Assembly (NCBI GenBank): GCA_963675595.2
Contig: CAXXLZ010000003.1
Location: forward strand, 128,001-192,000
DNA length: 64,000 nucleotides
Source of the DNA: Thermodesulfobacteriota bacterium
GTDB taxonomy: Bacteria; Desulfobacterota; Desulfarculia; JACQYL01
Reading direction: 5' to 3'
This document shows, piece after piece, positions 1 to 9,609 of this stretch. Position 1 is the stretch's first letter; the number at the start of each line of letters is the position of its first letter. Position numbers and translations under genes: made by a program. The notes under the pieces are model-generated. The model had not been told where the DNA came from. It did no database searches and saw only the letters and a list, made by a program, of their open reading frames with translations.

Positions 1-60
1 TCCGCCCCACAGGTCTTTCAGCGTGAAGGGCGCGGCTGTTGGTGGTAGCGTTCTACGCAT
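1..60 (-). CDS. 5' fragment of next EPS-locus gene (possibly DegT/DnrJ-family aminotransferase), runs off window
   Basis: ATG at 60 reads MRRTLPPTAAPFTLKDLWG, open to the window edge and directly downstream of the FemAB-like gene; family assignment from recalled N-terminal resemblance only. Confidence 0.35.
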   Translation of the reverse strand, partial: MRRTLPPTAAPFTLKDLWGG

Positions 61-98
61 TTTGAGAGAAAGCGATCCTCAGTTTCAGTAACGGCGCG

Positions 99-1217
99 TT
101 AAAGGCTGATATTTTTCCGGACCATAGGTCCGATCCGGGTCGTCACACCGGTGGGGAGTCTCTTCCAAACGGCCGTGGCCCAAGAAAGCCCTTGGCCTTC
201 GGGCTGCTGATTACTGTCCGGGTGTCCGTCGAGGGTGAGCCGGCACCAGCTCAGCGTTCGCGGTTGTGCGCCCCATTGTTTCTTGAATCGAAACGTGCCG
301 CCGTCCACGGAAGACCGTCCGAAATCGAAGATACGGCATCCGTCGTCACAAGCAGACTCAAGCATTTTCCAATAGAGCAACATGTTGGGGCTCGATCTGG
401 TGAATCGGCGAAGGGAGGAAGCCCAGGGATTGTATACGGAGTCTTTGAAATGAAGCAGAAGGCCCGCCGCCGCCGGAGTCCGGCCATCCTTTTTCACGAG
501 GCAGAAAAGCGCGTCCCGCGAGAAGAGTGAAGCCACACGCGTTATGAATTTCTTTGAATGTACGGGTGAACCCAGATCCCTCATATTGGACGTGAAGACC
601 GCATAGAAGTCGTTCAAGAATTCGGCCCCTCCCAGCTCAGCGGCAAAACCGTCCTTGGCGGGCCTCCGAATTTGGCTCTTGAGCTTGGATTTGAAGGACT
701 GAAAGAGCTCTTCGGAAGTGCCGGGAAGGTCCAACAGCATCCGTACCTTGTCCTTGCGGCAGTGGATGCCCGGCATCGGCGTACCGTTCCCTGAATGATC
801 TTCGAACGAGTCCTCGGCTAAAGGTTGGGACATTCGAAGTTCCACGTGGTCCGCTTTCTTTTCGCGCGCCAGTTTCAAAGCGGACTCCAAGAGAAGGGTT
901 CGGATTTGCGGATCGTCCGTGATGGGGCCTCCCAGGTCCAAGAAGGGCATGGATACCAGCCGGTTCCCAAATATCCGACTCTTCATGTGGATCAAAGGAA
1001 GCACGCCACACACGGTCTCCGTCGAAGCCGCTTCGGGAATCCGCTCCTTGTGGTCTCCATTTGTAACGGCCATGAGATAGTATGGCTGATGCCTGTAAGA
1101 CTCCAGGATTACACGGCCCCAATCGAACAGATGATAATGGGAAGACTCCGGATGACCGTACACGTATTGATCCCAATGTGATCGGTCGGTATCGTCACAG
1201 AGTCTTATTTGGAGCAC
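99..1217 (-). CDS. FemAB-related GNAT protein, PEP-CTERM/XrtA system-associated
   Basis: 372 aa; motifs SMPFLDLGGP, FYAVFTSNMRDLGSPVH, SPNMLLYW, FDFGRSS..GTFRFKKQWGA; EPS-locus context. Confidence 0.9.
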   Translation of the reverse strand: MLQIRLCDDTDRSHWDQYVYGHPESSHYHLFDWGRVILESYRHQPYYLMAVTNGDHKERIPEAASTETVCGVLPLIHMKSRIFGNRLVSMPFLDLGGPITDDPQIRTLLLESALKLAREKKADHVELRMSQPLAEDSFEDHSGNGTPMPGIHCRKDKVRMLLDLPGTSEELFQSFKSKLKSQIRRPAKDGFAAELGGAEFLNDFYAVFTSNMRDLGSPVHSKKFITRVASLFSRDALFCLVKKDGRTPAAAGLLLHFKDSVYNPWASSLRRFTRSSPNMLLYWKMLESACDDGCRIFDFGRSSVDGGTFRFKKQWGAQPRTLSWCRLTLDGHPDSNQQPEGQGLSWATAVWKRLPTGVTTRIGPMVRKNISL

Positions 1218-1239
1218 ATCCCATCCTTTTCAAGAAAAA

Positions 1240-2178
1240 CTATTTCCGCTTCTTGGATTCGTCCGGTCGATATCCGTAGTGGTAATAGCTGTATTTGTAT
1301 TTTTCTTTGATACTGCCCTCCTCCGCCCCGTTGAACAGCACGCCTTTGACTTTGTGTCGTCCCAGGAGTTCGATGGATTCTTCGATGGCCGCTTTGTCGG
1401 CTCCGTTTCTGCGCACCACCATGAGCACACAGTCCATGGCGCCGGCCAGGACGCTGGGTTCCGTGGTGGCCTGGACCGGTGGGGTGTCGAAGATGATATA
1501 GCGATCGTCGTAACGGGTTTTGACTTCCTCCACCAGTCGGCGCATGCGTTCCGACGCCAACAGCTCCGCGGGGGAGTGCATCCCGGTTTCCCCCGCAGGC
1601 AGGAGAGTCAGCTTGTCCACGGGGGTTTTACGCAGCACGTTCCGAAGGTCCACGTCCCCGTTCAACAGGTAGTCCGCCAGTCCCAGATCGGTTTCCACGC
1701 CAAAAAACTTATGGAGGCTCGGCTTGCGCAGGTCCGCGTCCACCAACAGCACGTGCTCTTCCATGCCCATGGCGATGCTCACCGCCAAGTTGGACGCGAT
1801 CATGGTCTTGCCCTCTCCGGGAGCCGCACTAGTCACCATGATGGTGCGGGGAGGCGCTCCCTGTTCGGGACGATGGATGAGCAGGGTCCGCAACATGCGG
1901 AACTGCTCACTGAATTCGTATTGATCGGTAAGTCGCGTCAAGAGCAGCGGGTCCGGTTCATGAAAGGGTCCTCCAACGGTTCCGGAAGCGGGCCGAGGGA
2001 AATCCCCCCCTGCGGAAAAACGGGGCTCGGCCTCGGAAACCTCGTCCGGTGTGGAGGCTCTATCCGGCTCATGGTTTTCGGCGGGGAACAGGGGCCGCAC
2101 CGACGCCACCGCCGGGGAAGACTCCGACTCCTGTTTCAACTTGCGGGCTTTTTCCAGCGCGTCCGCCAATTTTGCCAT
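1240..2178 (-). CDS. Polysaccharide biosynthesis tyrosine autokinase (CpsD/CapB, XrtA-associated)
   Basis: Walker A SAAPGEGKT, LLVDADLRKP, IIFDTPP, Tyr-rich tail YKYSYYHYGY. Confidence 0.93.
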   Translation of the reverse strand: MAKLADALEKARKLKQESESSPAVASVRPLFPAENHEPDRASTPDEVSEAEPRFSAGGDFPRPASGTVGGPFHEPDPLLLTRLTDQYEFSEQFRMLRTLLIHRPEQGAPPRTIMVTSAAPGEGKTMIASNLAVSIAMGMEEHVLLVDADLRKPSLHKFFGVETDLGLADYLLNGDVDLRNVLRKTPVDKLTLLPAGETGMHSPAELLASERMRRLVEEVKTRYDDRYIIFDTPPVQATTEPSVLAGAMDCVLMVVRRNGADKAAIEESIELLGRHKVKGVLFNGAEEGSIKEKYKYSYYHYGYRPDESKKRK

Positions 2179-2233
2179 GAAAACCGCCTGGTGAATTGTA
2201 GGAGGATTATTCGTTCTTATTCACAGGGCATGC

Positions 2234-2321
2234 CGCAGGGGGACGCCGTCCCCCTGCACCCCCTGCCGGGGGACCCATGGTCCCCCCGGACCCCCGTTGC
2301 GAATCGCGAGCACGATTCGCA
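2234..2321. repeat. Three consecutive GC-rich hairpins (REP-like)
   Basis: GCAGGGGGAC-GCC-GTCCCCCTGC; CCGGGGGACCCATGGTCCCCCCGG; TTGCGAATCG-CGAGCA-CGATTCGCAA. Confidence 0.7.
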
Positions 2322-2731
2322 AAACGAGCATATGTGTCTATCCAACGTGCCAAAATATTTAAAACGTTTTGGAGGGGGCCTGAGGACTCCTTCAGAATGC
2401 TCACGATTCTTCTTTGATCCCCAGACCCCGCCAAAGACTTTTCAGTCTTGTGGGAACCCTTAGCGGGATCCGGGGGATACACGCCGCCCGATATGCTGAT
2501 GTCTGGTCTCTTCGGTGCTCGAAATCAGCGCAGAGCTCCGCCGGGAGGGTGAAAGGTGATTCCCTCGAACTTTCTGATTTCGTCCGCCGCGCGCCATTCC
2601 GCATCAGGCGGTGCGGCTATGCGCCGAAGTCCGGCGGTTGGCCCGTGGGGTGCTTTTTCAGCCCCACCGGTTTAGAGACTTTAGCAGTTGAGCCCCGGCA
2701 GTCCGTTGAAAAAGTCCGATTGCCGCAGACT

Positions 2732-2843
2732 GATGAAAAACGATGAGATGCAAGGCGCGCGAATCCCAAGGAGCGAGGCGTACATAAAAGTACGCCGCAG
2801 TGACGAGGGATGACGCGCAACGCGGCAGATCGCGTTTTTCATC
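2732..2843. mobile_element. MITE-like non-autonomous element (~112 bp)
   Basis: Terminal inverted repeats GATGAAAAACG / CGTTTTTCATC; internal hairpin GGCGTAC-ATAAAA-GTACGCC; no coding capacity. Confidence 0.7.
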
Positions 2844-2846
2844 TTT

Positions 2847-4529
2847 CTAGCCCAGGCCCACCATGCGAAACACGTCGATGGTGATTCCTTTGCTCTTGAT
2901 GATCAGAATGCCCACGGAGTACCCGGCCACGATCACCAGGGAGGCCACCGTGGCGGCCACTCCCAATATCTTTTTGCGGCGCTTTTCCCCGTCGGACTGA
3001 ATCAGGGGAAACGTGGCCAGCACGGGAAGACCCAGGTGTTCCACCAGTGTCTGATCGTTCTGGAACGAACGGTCCGTGAATTCCAACAGGCCGGCCAGGC
3101 CGAAGCCTCCCACCAAGCCCAGAAGCAGGCACGCCATGAGAATACGCCTGACGTCGGGGCTCACGGGCAGCTTGGGCGGCACCGCGGGGTCCAGCACGAT
3201 GAACTGCTCGCCCTTTTGCATGCGTTCCAGGTTCTCGGCCATCTTGGCTTCGAGTTGCCGACCCAGGAGGGAACGGTAGTTTTCCATGGTGATGGTGTAG
3301 TCCCGGGTGAGGGACATGAGCTGCTGTTCGCGCTGAGGCGTGTTGTCCACCCGCGCTTGATACAATTTGATCTGCTCGTAAAGCTGTTCTTCACGTGTGA
3401 GCAGGCGTGCGATTTCCGAGCTGACGCTCTGGAGTTCCTGCTGCAGCTGGTTCAGGTGGGTCTGATAAGCCATGAGAAGGCGTGCGGATTCGGACGAAAC
3501 CGTTTCCACCGGCGAGGACGCGGGAACGGGTGTCTTCGGTTGGGATGCCTCCGCTTGTTCGGCGGCCGCTTGCCGTTCGCGAGCCTGTGCTTCGGCCTTT
3601 TCCAACTGCATCCGAGCGCGCTTGACCATGGGATGCTCGTCCGTATAGCGGGTCCGCAGGGCCGCGAGGCTGCTTCGCAGCGTCTCGATCTGGTCGTCTC
3701 CGGAGGCGGCCACCACCACCCCCTGATCGTTCACCACCATGCTCTGTTTGCTCTTGGCCGCGTCCAACTCCCGAACGCCCTGTTCCGTCTGCGCCATCTG
3801 GCCCTGAATGGTGACTCTTCGGTCCCGAGCGGCGCTCAGGGAGGCCTGCACCGCGGACAGTTCTTCCTGAAACCGCTGAAGGCTCCCGATGTTGGAAGGC
3901 AATTGCTCGGGCAGTTCCCCCATGTGGTGTTGTTTGAACTCCTCGATGGCTTTTTCCTGTTCTTCAAGCTTCTTTTTCTGAAGCTCCAATTCCCGCTCGA
4001 GGAAGGTCGTGGTGCCCATGGCCTGTTCTTCTCGGACTTTGAGATGCTCCTCGATGAACAGGGAGGCCAGGGTGTTGACCACTTTGGCCGCCACCACGGG
4101 ATCATGGTGCGTAAACGCGATGGTGAATGAAGTGAGAGCGTCGTCGTTTCTGCGCTTCTTGTCGCCCACTTTGAGTTCGATCTTGTCCCGAATGATCCCC
4201 ACGATCTTCTCCATGGGGTATTGCTCCAGGAGCTCGGGATAGAGGTTCAGGTCGCGGATGACCTTTTCAAGCCGGGTGCGGCTCATGACCTGCTGGCTGA
4301 TGGTGGCCAATCGGCCTCCCGCATCGATGGTCACCGTGGCGCGCACGTATTGTTCCGGCACCCGCTGAGCCTGCACGAGTATCAAGGTTTCCGCCTGATA
4401 GGTTCGTGGAAGAACCACCACGAGGAACACTCCCGCCATCACCGCCAGGACGAAGGGAACCAGAATCTGGAACTTTCGTCTCCAGGCGATCTTGATGATG
4501 GCTTCAGGAGTGATCTGTTTGGGCAGCAC
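2847..4529 (-). CDS. Polysaccharide chain-length determinant / copolymerase (Wzz/GumC family)
   Basis: 560 aa, N- and C-terminal TM helices flanking a long coiled coil; GEQFIVLDPAVPPKLPVSP motif. Confidence 0.92.
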   Translation of the reverse strand: MLPKQITPEAIIKIAWRRKFQILVPFVLAVMAGVFLVVVLPRTYQAETLILVQAQRVPEQYVRATVTIDAGGRLATISQQVMSRTRLEKVIRDLNLYPELLEQYPMEKIVGIIRDKIELKVGDKKRRNDDALTSFTIAFTHHDPVVAAKVVNTLASLFIEEHLKVREEQAMGTTTFLERELELQKKKLEEQEKAIEEFKQHHMGELPEQLPSNIGSLQRFQEELSAVQASLSAARDRRVTIQGQMAQTEQGVRELDAAKSKQSMVVNDQGVVVAASGDDQIETLRSSLAALRTRYTDEHPMVKRARMQLEKAEAQARERQAAAEQAEASQPKTPVPASSPVETVSSESARLLMAYQTHLNQLQQELQSVSSEIARLLTREEQLYEQIKLYQARVDNTPQREQQLMSLTRDYTITMENYRSLLGRQLEAKMAENLERMQKGEQFIVLDPAVPPKLPVSPDVRRILMACLLLGLVGGFGLAGLLEFTDRSFQNDQTLVEHLGLPVLATFPLIQSDGEKRRKKILGVAATVASLVIVAGYSVGILIIKSKGITIDVFRMVGLG

Positions 4530-4602
4530 GGTAATAGACCTTATTCGTCCAACAGCGAAGCAGGGGACCCGGCCAAGGTGATTGAACGCCGGGAAACGGC
4601 CA

Positions 4603-5463
4603 TCAACGGGCTCCTCTGCCGAGCAGTACCACTTTCGCGGTTTGCAGGATGATGGTGAAATCCAGAAACACCGACAGATGTTTGATGTAGTAAATATCGT
4701 ACTGCAGTTTTTCTACGGCATCTTCCAAACAATCCCCGTAAGGATAATTGATTTGAGCCCAGCCGGTGAGACCGGGCTTCACCGCACAACGTTCCGCATA
4801 ATAGGGGATTTGACTCTTGAGCTTCTCGACGAATTCGGGGCGTTCGGGGCGCGGCCCCACGAAGCTCATGTCTCCCTTCAGAATGTTGAAGAGCTGCGGC
4901 AGCTCGTCGATGCGAAGTTTGCGAATGATCCCGCCCACTCGGGTGACGCGGGGGTCTTTTTTCGAGGCCCAGGTGGCGCCGCATTCCTTTTCCGCGTCGT
5001 GGCGCATGGATCGGAATTTGTAGATGGTGAATTTCTTTTCCCGTTCTCCCACCCGGGTCTGGGTGTAAAGCACCGGTCCCGGAGATTCGAGCTTGACGGC
5101 CAGGGCGGTGATCAGCGCCACCGGCAAGGAAAGGAGGCCCAACACGAGGGACATCACCAAATCAATGGCCCGTTTGGCTGCAAGGAGCGACCTGCACCGG
5201 TTGAATCCGCCGGAAAAGACCAGCCAACTCGGGTACATGCCCTGCGTGATGATCTTGCCCGAAAGCTCCTCCTGGATGTCCGCCGAGTCCGTGATGGTGA
5301 CGCCTCTGAACTTCCAGGAGACCAATTCGCGGATGGGTAATCGGCCGCGACGGTCGTCCAAGGCCACGACAATACGATCCACTTTGTGCGCGGCAAGAAT
5401 CTGGTCCAGTTCGGACCAGTCCCCAAGAACAGGGATGGTGGATTTGGTGTCGGCGTCGGACAA
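4603..5463 (-). CDS. Priming sugar transferase (TIGR03013-like), C-terminal catalytic half
   Basis: KRAIDL, IYKFRSM, DPRVTRVG, RIDELPQLFNILKGDMSFVGPRPE, VKPGLTGWAQIN; TTG start with AGGAG upstream. Confidence 0.9.
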   Translation of the reverse strand: MSDADTKSTIPVLGDWSELDQILAAHKVDRIVVALDDRRGRLPIRELVSWKFRGVTITDSADIQEELSGKIITQGMYPSWLVFSGGFNRCRSLLAAKRAIDLVMSLVLGLLSLPVALITALAVKLESPGPVLYTQTRVGEREKKFTIYKFRSMRHDAEKECGATWASKKDPRVTRVGGIIRKLRIDELPQLFNILKGDMSFVGPRPERPEFVEKLKSQIPYYAERCAVKPGLTGWAQINYPYGDCLEDAVEKLQYDIYYIKHLSVFLDFTIILQTAKVVLLGRGAR

Positions 5464-5522
5464 GCGGTCGCTGCTCCTCTGAAGACGGGTTCACGTTCTC
5501 GGAATCTTGCCTCTCGTCGGTC

Positions 5523-6269
5523 TCAGGAAACGGAAGATCCCGAAGCCGGCTTCGTCATACCCACTATAGGATGGTCCTGCCGTGGTGAGGGCTGGGCTCT
5601 TTTCTTGTTTCGAAGCGGCGGAAGCTCTTCCACCTCGCCCCGGGCTTCTCCTTGCAGAGGCGGCTCCGGACTCGCCGTTACCCGTGTGCCGCTTGATGCA
5701 ACCGGAGTCTCGTTTTCTATGGGTGCGAGTCGAGGAGGCATACTCACCATGCCGAGGAGCGTGTATCCCCCGGACTTATTCTGCAGCATCATCTTCGCCA
5801 CTTCAGCAGCTCGTTGTCCGGAGCCCAAAATGAGGACCCTCTGGTTGAAGCGGCCGTTGGCCGAGAAATGAAACAGCGCGATTCTCACCATGGAAATGCT
5901 TAGAAACGTCAGGCAGAAGCCGACCACGAACAACATCCTACCCGGCCTGATCTTCGGAAGAAAGTAATAGCAGACATTGAGAATCAAGGCTGCGGCCAGG
6001 AGAGCCACGACGATGCGCAAGACGAGCTCCGGTCGTGTGAAACGTCTGCTGCTGTAGAGATCGTTGTAGTAAATGGCTCCCTGGGTGGTAATCAGCAGCA
6101 CGATGAATTGCCAGACCAAAGAACCTTCGGCCACAAGCACGGCAAGACTGTTTCTGTCGTAAACCAGGATATGGGCCAGCAATGCGGACGACAGGATCAG
6201 CAAGGATTCAAACACAAGATAGATCAGGTTATCCTGGGATAGATAGGGCTTTGTAATTCTGATCAGCAT
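5523..6269 (-). CDS. Priming sugar transferase, N-terminal membrane half with low-complexity tail
   Basis: 4 TM helices, YYNDLYS motif, RVLILGSG Rossmann-like start, then ~75 aa Pro/Ser/Glu-rich tail to TGA. Confidence 0.8.
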   Translation of the reverse strand: MLIRITKPYLSQDNLIYLVFESLLILSSALLAHILVYDRNSLAVLVAEGSLVWQFIVLLITTQGAIYYNDLYSSRRFTRPELVLRIVVALLAAALILNVCYYFLPKIRPGRMLFVVGFCLTFLSISMVRIALFHFSANGRFNQRVLILGSGQRAAEVAKMMLQNKSGGYTLLGMVSMPPRLAPIENETPVASSGTRVTASPEPPLQGEARGEVEELPPLRNKKRAQPSPRQDHPIVGMTKPASGSSVS

Positions 6270-6339
6270 CTCGTTTCTCCGAATATCGATTCGATGAACC
6301 GAATCCCACGGATCACCATATGTCGCAGACCCGCATCTC

Positions 6340-7329
6340 CTACCTATAGGAGGTCTGGAGTGCCTCCAGAGCCTGGGCCACGAACCCGTTGCGTGCGAGA
6401 AACACGAACCAGACCAGGATCGCCAGGCACATCAATGCCGAGCCCGCTGCGGCCCATGCTTTCGGGCCTCGCGGAAACCGGCGTCGGCTACGTTGATGCC
6501 TTTCCTCCCCGGCTTCGACGATCCCGCTCACATATCCCAGCTCAGCCGCGCATTCCTCCACGGTCTGCTGCGTTACCCGTTTTTCGTCTTTGCTGAAGGT
6601 TGTGATCAATGCGTGGTCGCACAGGATGTTGATCCGTCTGGGATATCCGTGAGTATATCTGCGAATCAGAGTGCAGGTTTCCTGTGGAAAGATTCCCTCT
6701 ATCGGGGTACCCGCCACACGCATTCGGTGAGAAATATAAGCGAAGCATTCGTCCACGCTTAAAGGGCGGATGTGGTACCTCAACGCAATCCGTTGGTAGA
6801 GCGCCCTCATTTCTTCCCGGGAGAGAAGTTCCAGAAGTTCGGGTTGGCCCACGAGAACGATGGTAAGGAGTTTGCCTTTGGCCGTTTCAATATTTGAAAG
6901 GAGTCGGATTTCTTCCGCCAATTCGGCGGTGATCTTCTGCGCCTCGTCCACGATCAGGACGAAACGCTTTCCGACACGGAGAAGTTGCTTGAGGAATCTC
7001 TCGAACAATACCAGAAACTCGGCTTTGTTGAGATGATTCGGGAGTTTCAGTTTTCGTGCGATATAGATTCTGAACTCGGAGGGAGTCATCATTGGGTTGG
7101 CGATGAACAAGCCCAGGGTTTCGTTCCGGATGTTTCGGGTCAATGTGTACAACAAAGTCGTTTTTCCCGTGCCAACTTCGCCAGTTAGAAGAACAAAACC
7201 CTTCTGAGACTGTATTCCGTACGTGAGATACGCCAAACCTTCCTTGTGTGTTTCGGTAAGAAACAGGGTGTCCGGGTCGGGAGTCAGTTCAAACGGCCTG
7301 TTATGCAGGCCGAAATAGTCAATATACAT
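6340..7329 (-). CDS. ExeA/GspA-type AAA ATPase, PEP-CTERM system-associated
   Basis: True start at MYIDYFGLHNRPFELTPDP (7329); GEVGTGKT, LIVDEAQ, LVGQPEL, GYPRRINILCD; C-terminal TM. Confidence 0.9.
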   Translation of the reverse strand: MYIDYFGLHNRPFELTPDPDTLFLTETHKEGLAYLTYGIQSQKGFVLLTGEVGTGKTTLLYTLTRNIRNETLGLFIANPMMTPSEFRIYIARKLKLPNHLNKAEFLVLFERFLKQLLRVGKRFVLIVDEAQKITAELAEEIRLLSNIETAKGKLLTIVLVGQPELLELLSREEMRALYQRIALRYHIRPLSVDECFAYISHRMRVAGTPIEGIFPQETCTLIRRYTHGYPRRINILCDHALITTFSKDEKRVTQQTVEECAAELGYVSGIVEAGEERHQRSRRRFPRGPKAWAAAGSALMCLAILVWFVFLARNGFVAQALEALQTSYR

Positions 7330-7757
7330 GGGCCGACTCGGAAAGTTCCGGTTTAGAGTTTGTGTTGATTCCTCGTCCCATAGTTCATGGTAATTGATTG
7401 TACCACGATTTATCTTGAGTATTTCTTCATCCTGTGGCTTAAATTCAGTACCGGAAGCACCACGATTTGGTCTCTGGTCGGACGTTCGGCGAGAGAAGTA
7501 AGGATTGGAGACTACGTCCGTCGGAATAAGCCTATCGGCGTGCCCGGGTCCGTCCCGTATGGGCATGACCCTCCGATGCAGGGTGGAGTGTATGTCGGTG
7601 CATATGGCGGAGCAAGGATGATTTTGGGGGTGAGTAAATAGGCATGGTAAATACCTATTCGTGCCCGGAATCCGGTCGTGTTGCACGATAATGGCTTTAT
7701 TGTAAGAAATTTTGTTCAGTCTTGAATTCAAGAAAGAGCAAAATTGATGGATTGCGC

Positions 7758-8453
7758 ATGAAAGGTTTCGGTATCGCGGTCTCAGCCCGAACAGGTCCCT
7801 ACCTCGCTTTTGCCGGCGCCGTCTTTTTGGGGCCTTACTTGGGGTTTGCGTATCCGTGGAATCTCTACCTGGGATATGGTTTGGCGGCCGCTTTGCTCTT
7901 GGGTTTTCGGAAGAGGTACGCGGAGTTGGTATTTTTTCGAAAGAACGCCTCCGCTTCCGCATTGCCGTGGGGCGTCCTCGCCGGGTTGGTCGGCGCATTT
8001 GTGTGGATCGCTCCTTACCATTTTCTGCCCGGCCTGCACGAAACGGACTCGGTGTTCGGTATGTTCGGAGAGGCGCGCGAGGGCTTTGACCTGAATCGTT
8101 TCGAGCCTTTTTATGCGAGCGTGGGGCATGCCCTTGGGAGGAGCATGGGGTACGTACTCGTCACTCCACTCTTCGAAGAACTCTTCATTCGTTCCTTTCT
8201 GATTCGATATCTCGTCGAGACCGATTTCGAGACGGTTCCCATGGGGACCTATACCCGGTTCTCGTTTTGGGGGACGGCCTTGTTCTTCTCGTTGACCCAT
8301 CCGGAATGGATCGTCGCCTTTTTTTTCTCTGTGCTGTTGAATGGTTTGCTGATACTTACCAAACGGCTGGAGGCTTGCGTGGTTGCCCATGCGGTCGCCA
8401 ATCTGATACTGATTCTCTATGTCTTATTGACAGGCAACTCCCGCTTATGGTGA
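7758..8453 (+). CDS. CAAX prenyl protease-related membrane protein (exosortase-associated)
   Basis: PLFEELFIRSFL, F..THPEW, CVVAHAVAN motifs; multi-TM; start could be 7722. Confidence 0.88.
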   Translation: MKGFGIAVSARTGPYLAFAGAVFLGPYLGFAYPWNLYLGYGLAAALLLGFRKRYAELVFFRKNASASALPWGVLAGLVGAFVWIAPYHFLPGLHETDSVFGMFGEAREGFDLNRFEPFYASVGHALGRSMGYVLVTPLFEELFIRSFLIRYLVETDFETVPMGTYTRFSFWGTALFFSLTHPEWIVAFFFSVLLNGLLILTKRLEACVVAHAVANLILILYVLLTGNSRLW

Positions 8454-8509
8454 ATTGCTTGCGGACTTGCAGACGCGCTCCACGTCCACGTCGTTCCAAA
8501 CGGGTTTCC

Positions 8510-9487
8510 ATGATCTCTCTTCATTCTCCAAACGAACGGGTGCGAGTTCAACGACGACCCGTCCATGCCTTTACCGTCGATCTCGAAGATTATTACCACA
8601 TCCACGCCTACAGCAGGGTCATCTCGAAAGAAAGTTGGGCCGCTTACCCGGCAAGAGTGGAAGACGGATTGAACCGTGTCCTGGGAATGCTGGACGAGTT
8701 CGGGGTCCGGGCCACCATTTTTGTTCTTGGATGGTTGGCGGAAAGAAAGAAACGACTGGTACGGCAGTGCCGGAACCTGGGACATGAGATTGCGTGCCAC
8801 GGATTCGACCATCAGGCGATCTACCTGAACGGACCCTCCCATTTCCGAGAGGATATTCGACGCTCGAAAAGCCTGCTTGAGGATATCATTGGGGCTCCCG
8901 TCCTTGGGTTTCGTGCTCCGACCTATTCCATTACGCCGAAGACGATGTGGGCTTTGAGGATCATTGCGGAGGAAGGCTTTGTATACGATTCCAGCCTGGT
9001 TTCCATTCGACATGACTATTACGGGTTTCCCGGCGCGCGAGAAGAACCGTTCGTGCTCCGATTTGGGAATTCCGAGGAGCGGCTGCGAGACCAAGTGCTC
9101 GGCCGCCCAGCCTCATGCGCCGAAAGGGATGGGGATGGACTTTCTCTTGCTGAATTTCCCATACGAACCGCACGCTTCGGGCGCTTACGAATTCCGGTTT
9201 GCGGAGGCGGATACTTTCGATTTTGGCCGTATACCGTGACTTTCCGGGCTATGAAGCGAATGGAGGAGGAAGGAAATCCCTTTATCTTCTATATTCACCC
9301 TTGGGAGGTATGCCGCGATCTTCCGCGTGTGCCCGGTGTGGGGTTCCGGTCGAGGTTCCGGACCCATTTGAACCTCGGGCGCACGGAAAACAGGCTGCGT
9401 CGTCTGCTCAAAGATTTCCGGTTCTCACCCGCGGAGGACGTGCTGGACCGGAACGGTTATGCTTTCTGGCGTGACAACCTCGGGTGA
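8510..9487 (+). CDS. Polysaccharide deacetylase, XrtA system (DUF3473 C-terminus)
   Basis: FTVDLEDYYH, ATIFVLGW, GHEIACHG, GFRAPTYS, GGGYFR, FYIHPWE; start approximate. Confidence 0.92.
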   Translation: MISLHSPNERVRVQRRPVHAFTVDLEDYYHIHAYSRVISKESWAAYPARVEDGLNRVLGMLDEFGVRATIFVLGWLAERKKRLVRQCRNLGHEIACHGFDHQAIYLNGPSHFREDIRRSKSLLEDIIGAPVLGFRAPTYSITPKTMWALRIIAEEGFVYDSSLVSIRHDYYGFPGAREEPFVLRFGNSEERLRDQVLGRPASCAERDGDGLSLAEFPIRTARFGRLRIPVCGGGYFRFWPYTVTFRAMKRMEEEGNPFIFYIHPWEVCRDLPRVPGVGFRSRFRTHLNLGRTENRLRRLLKDFRFSPAEDVLDRNGYAFWRDNLG

Positions 9488-9609
9488 AGCTTGGCTGCGC
9501 GGAACCCGAAGTATGAGCTTTCACCCGCTGAATCGCAGTTTCGGGAGGAGTCGGGGTTGAGGACGGATGCCGGCGAACCGTGCCCACATGCTTCTTCGAA
9601 TATTGGTAC

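Noticed and set aside
5490-5525. UGA readthrough (selenocysteine) joining the sugar-transferase halves
   Set aside because: Reading through the TGA at 5523-5525 stays out of frame with the catalytic half
7330-7998. 223-aa N-terminal extension of the ATPase in the ORF track
   Set aside because: Arg/Pro-rich junk overlapping the divergent CAAX gene; family similarity starts at MYIDYFGL
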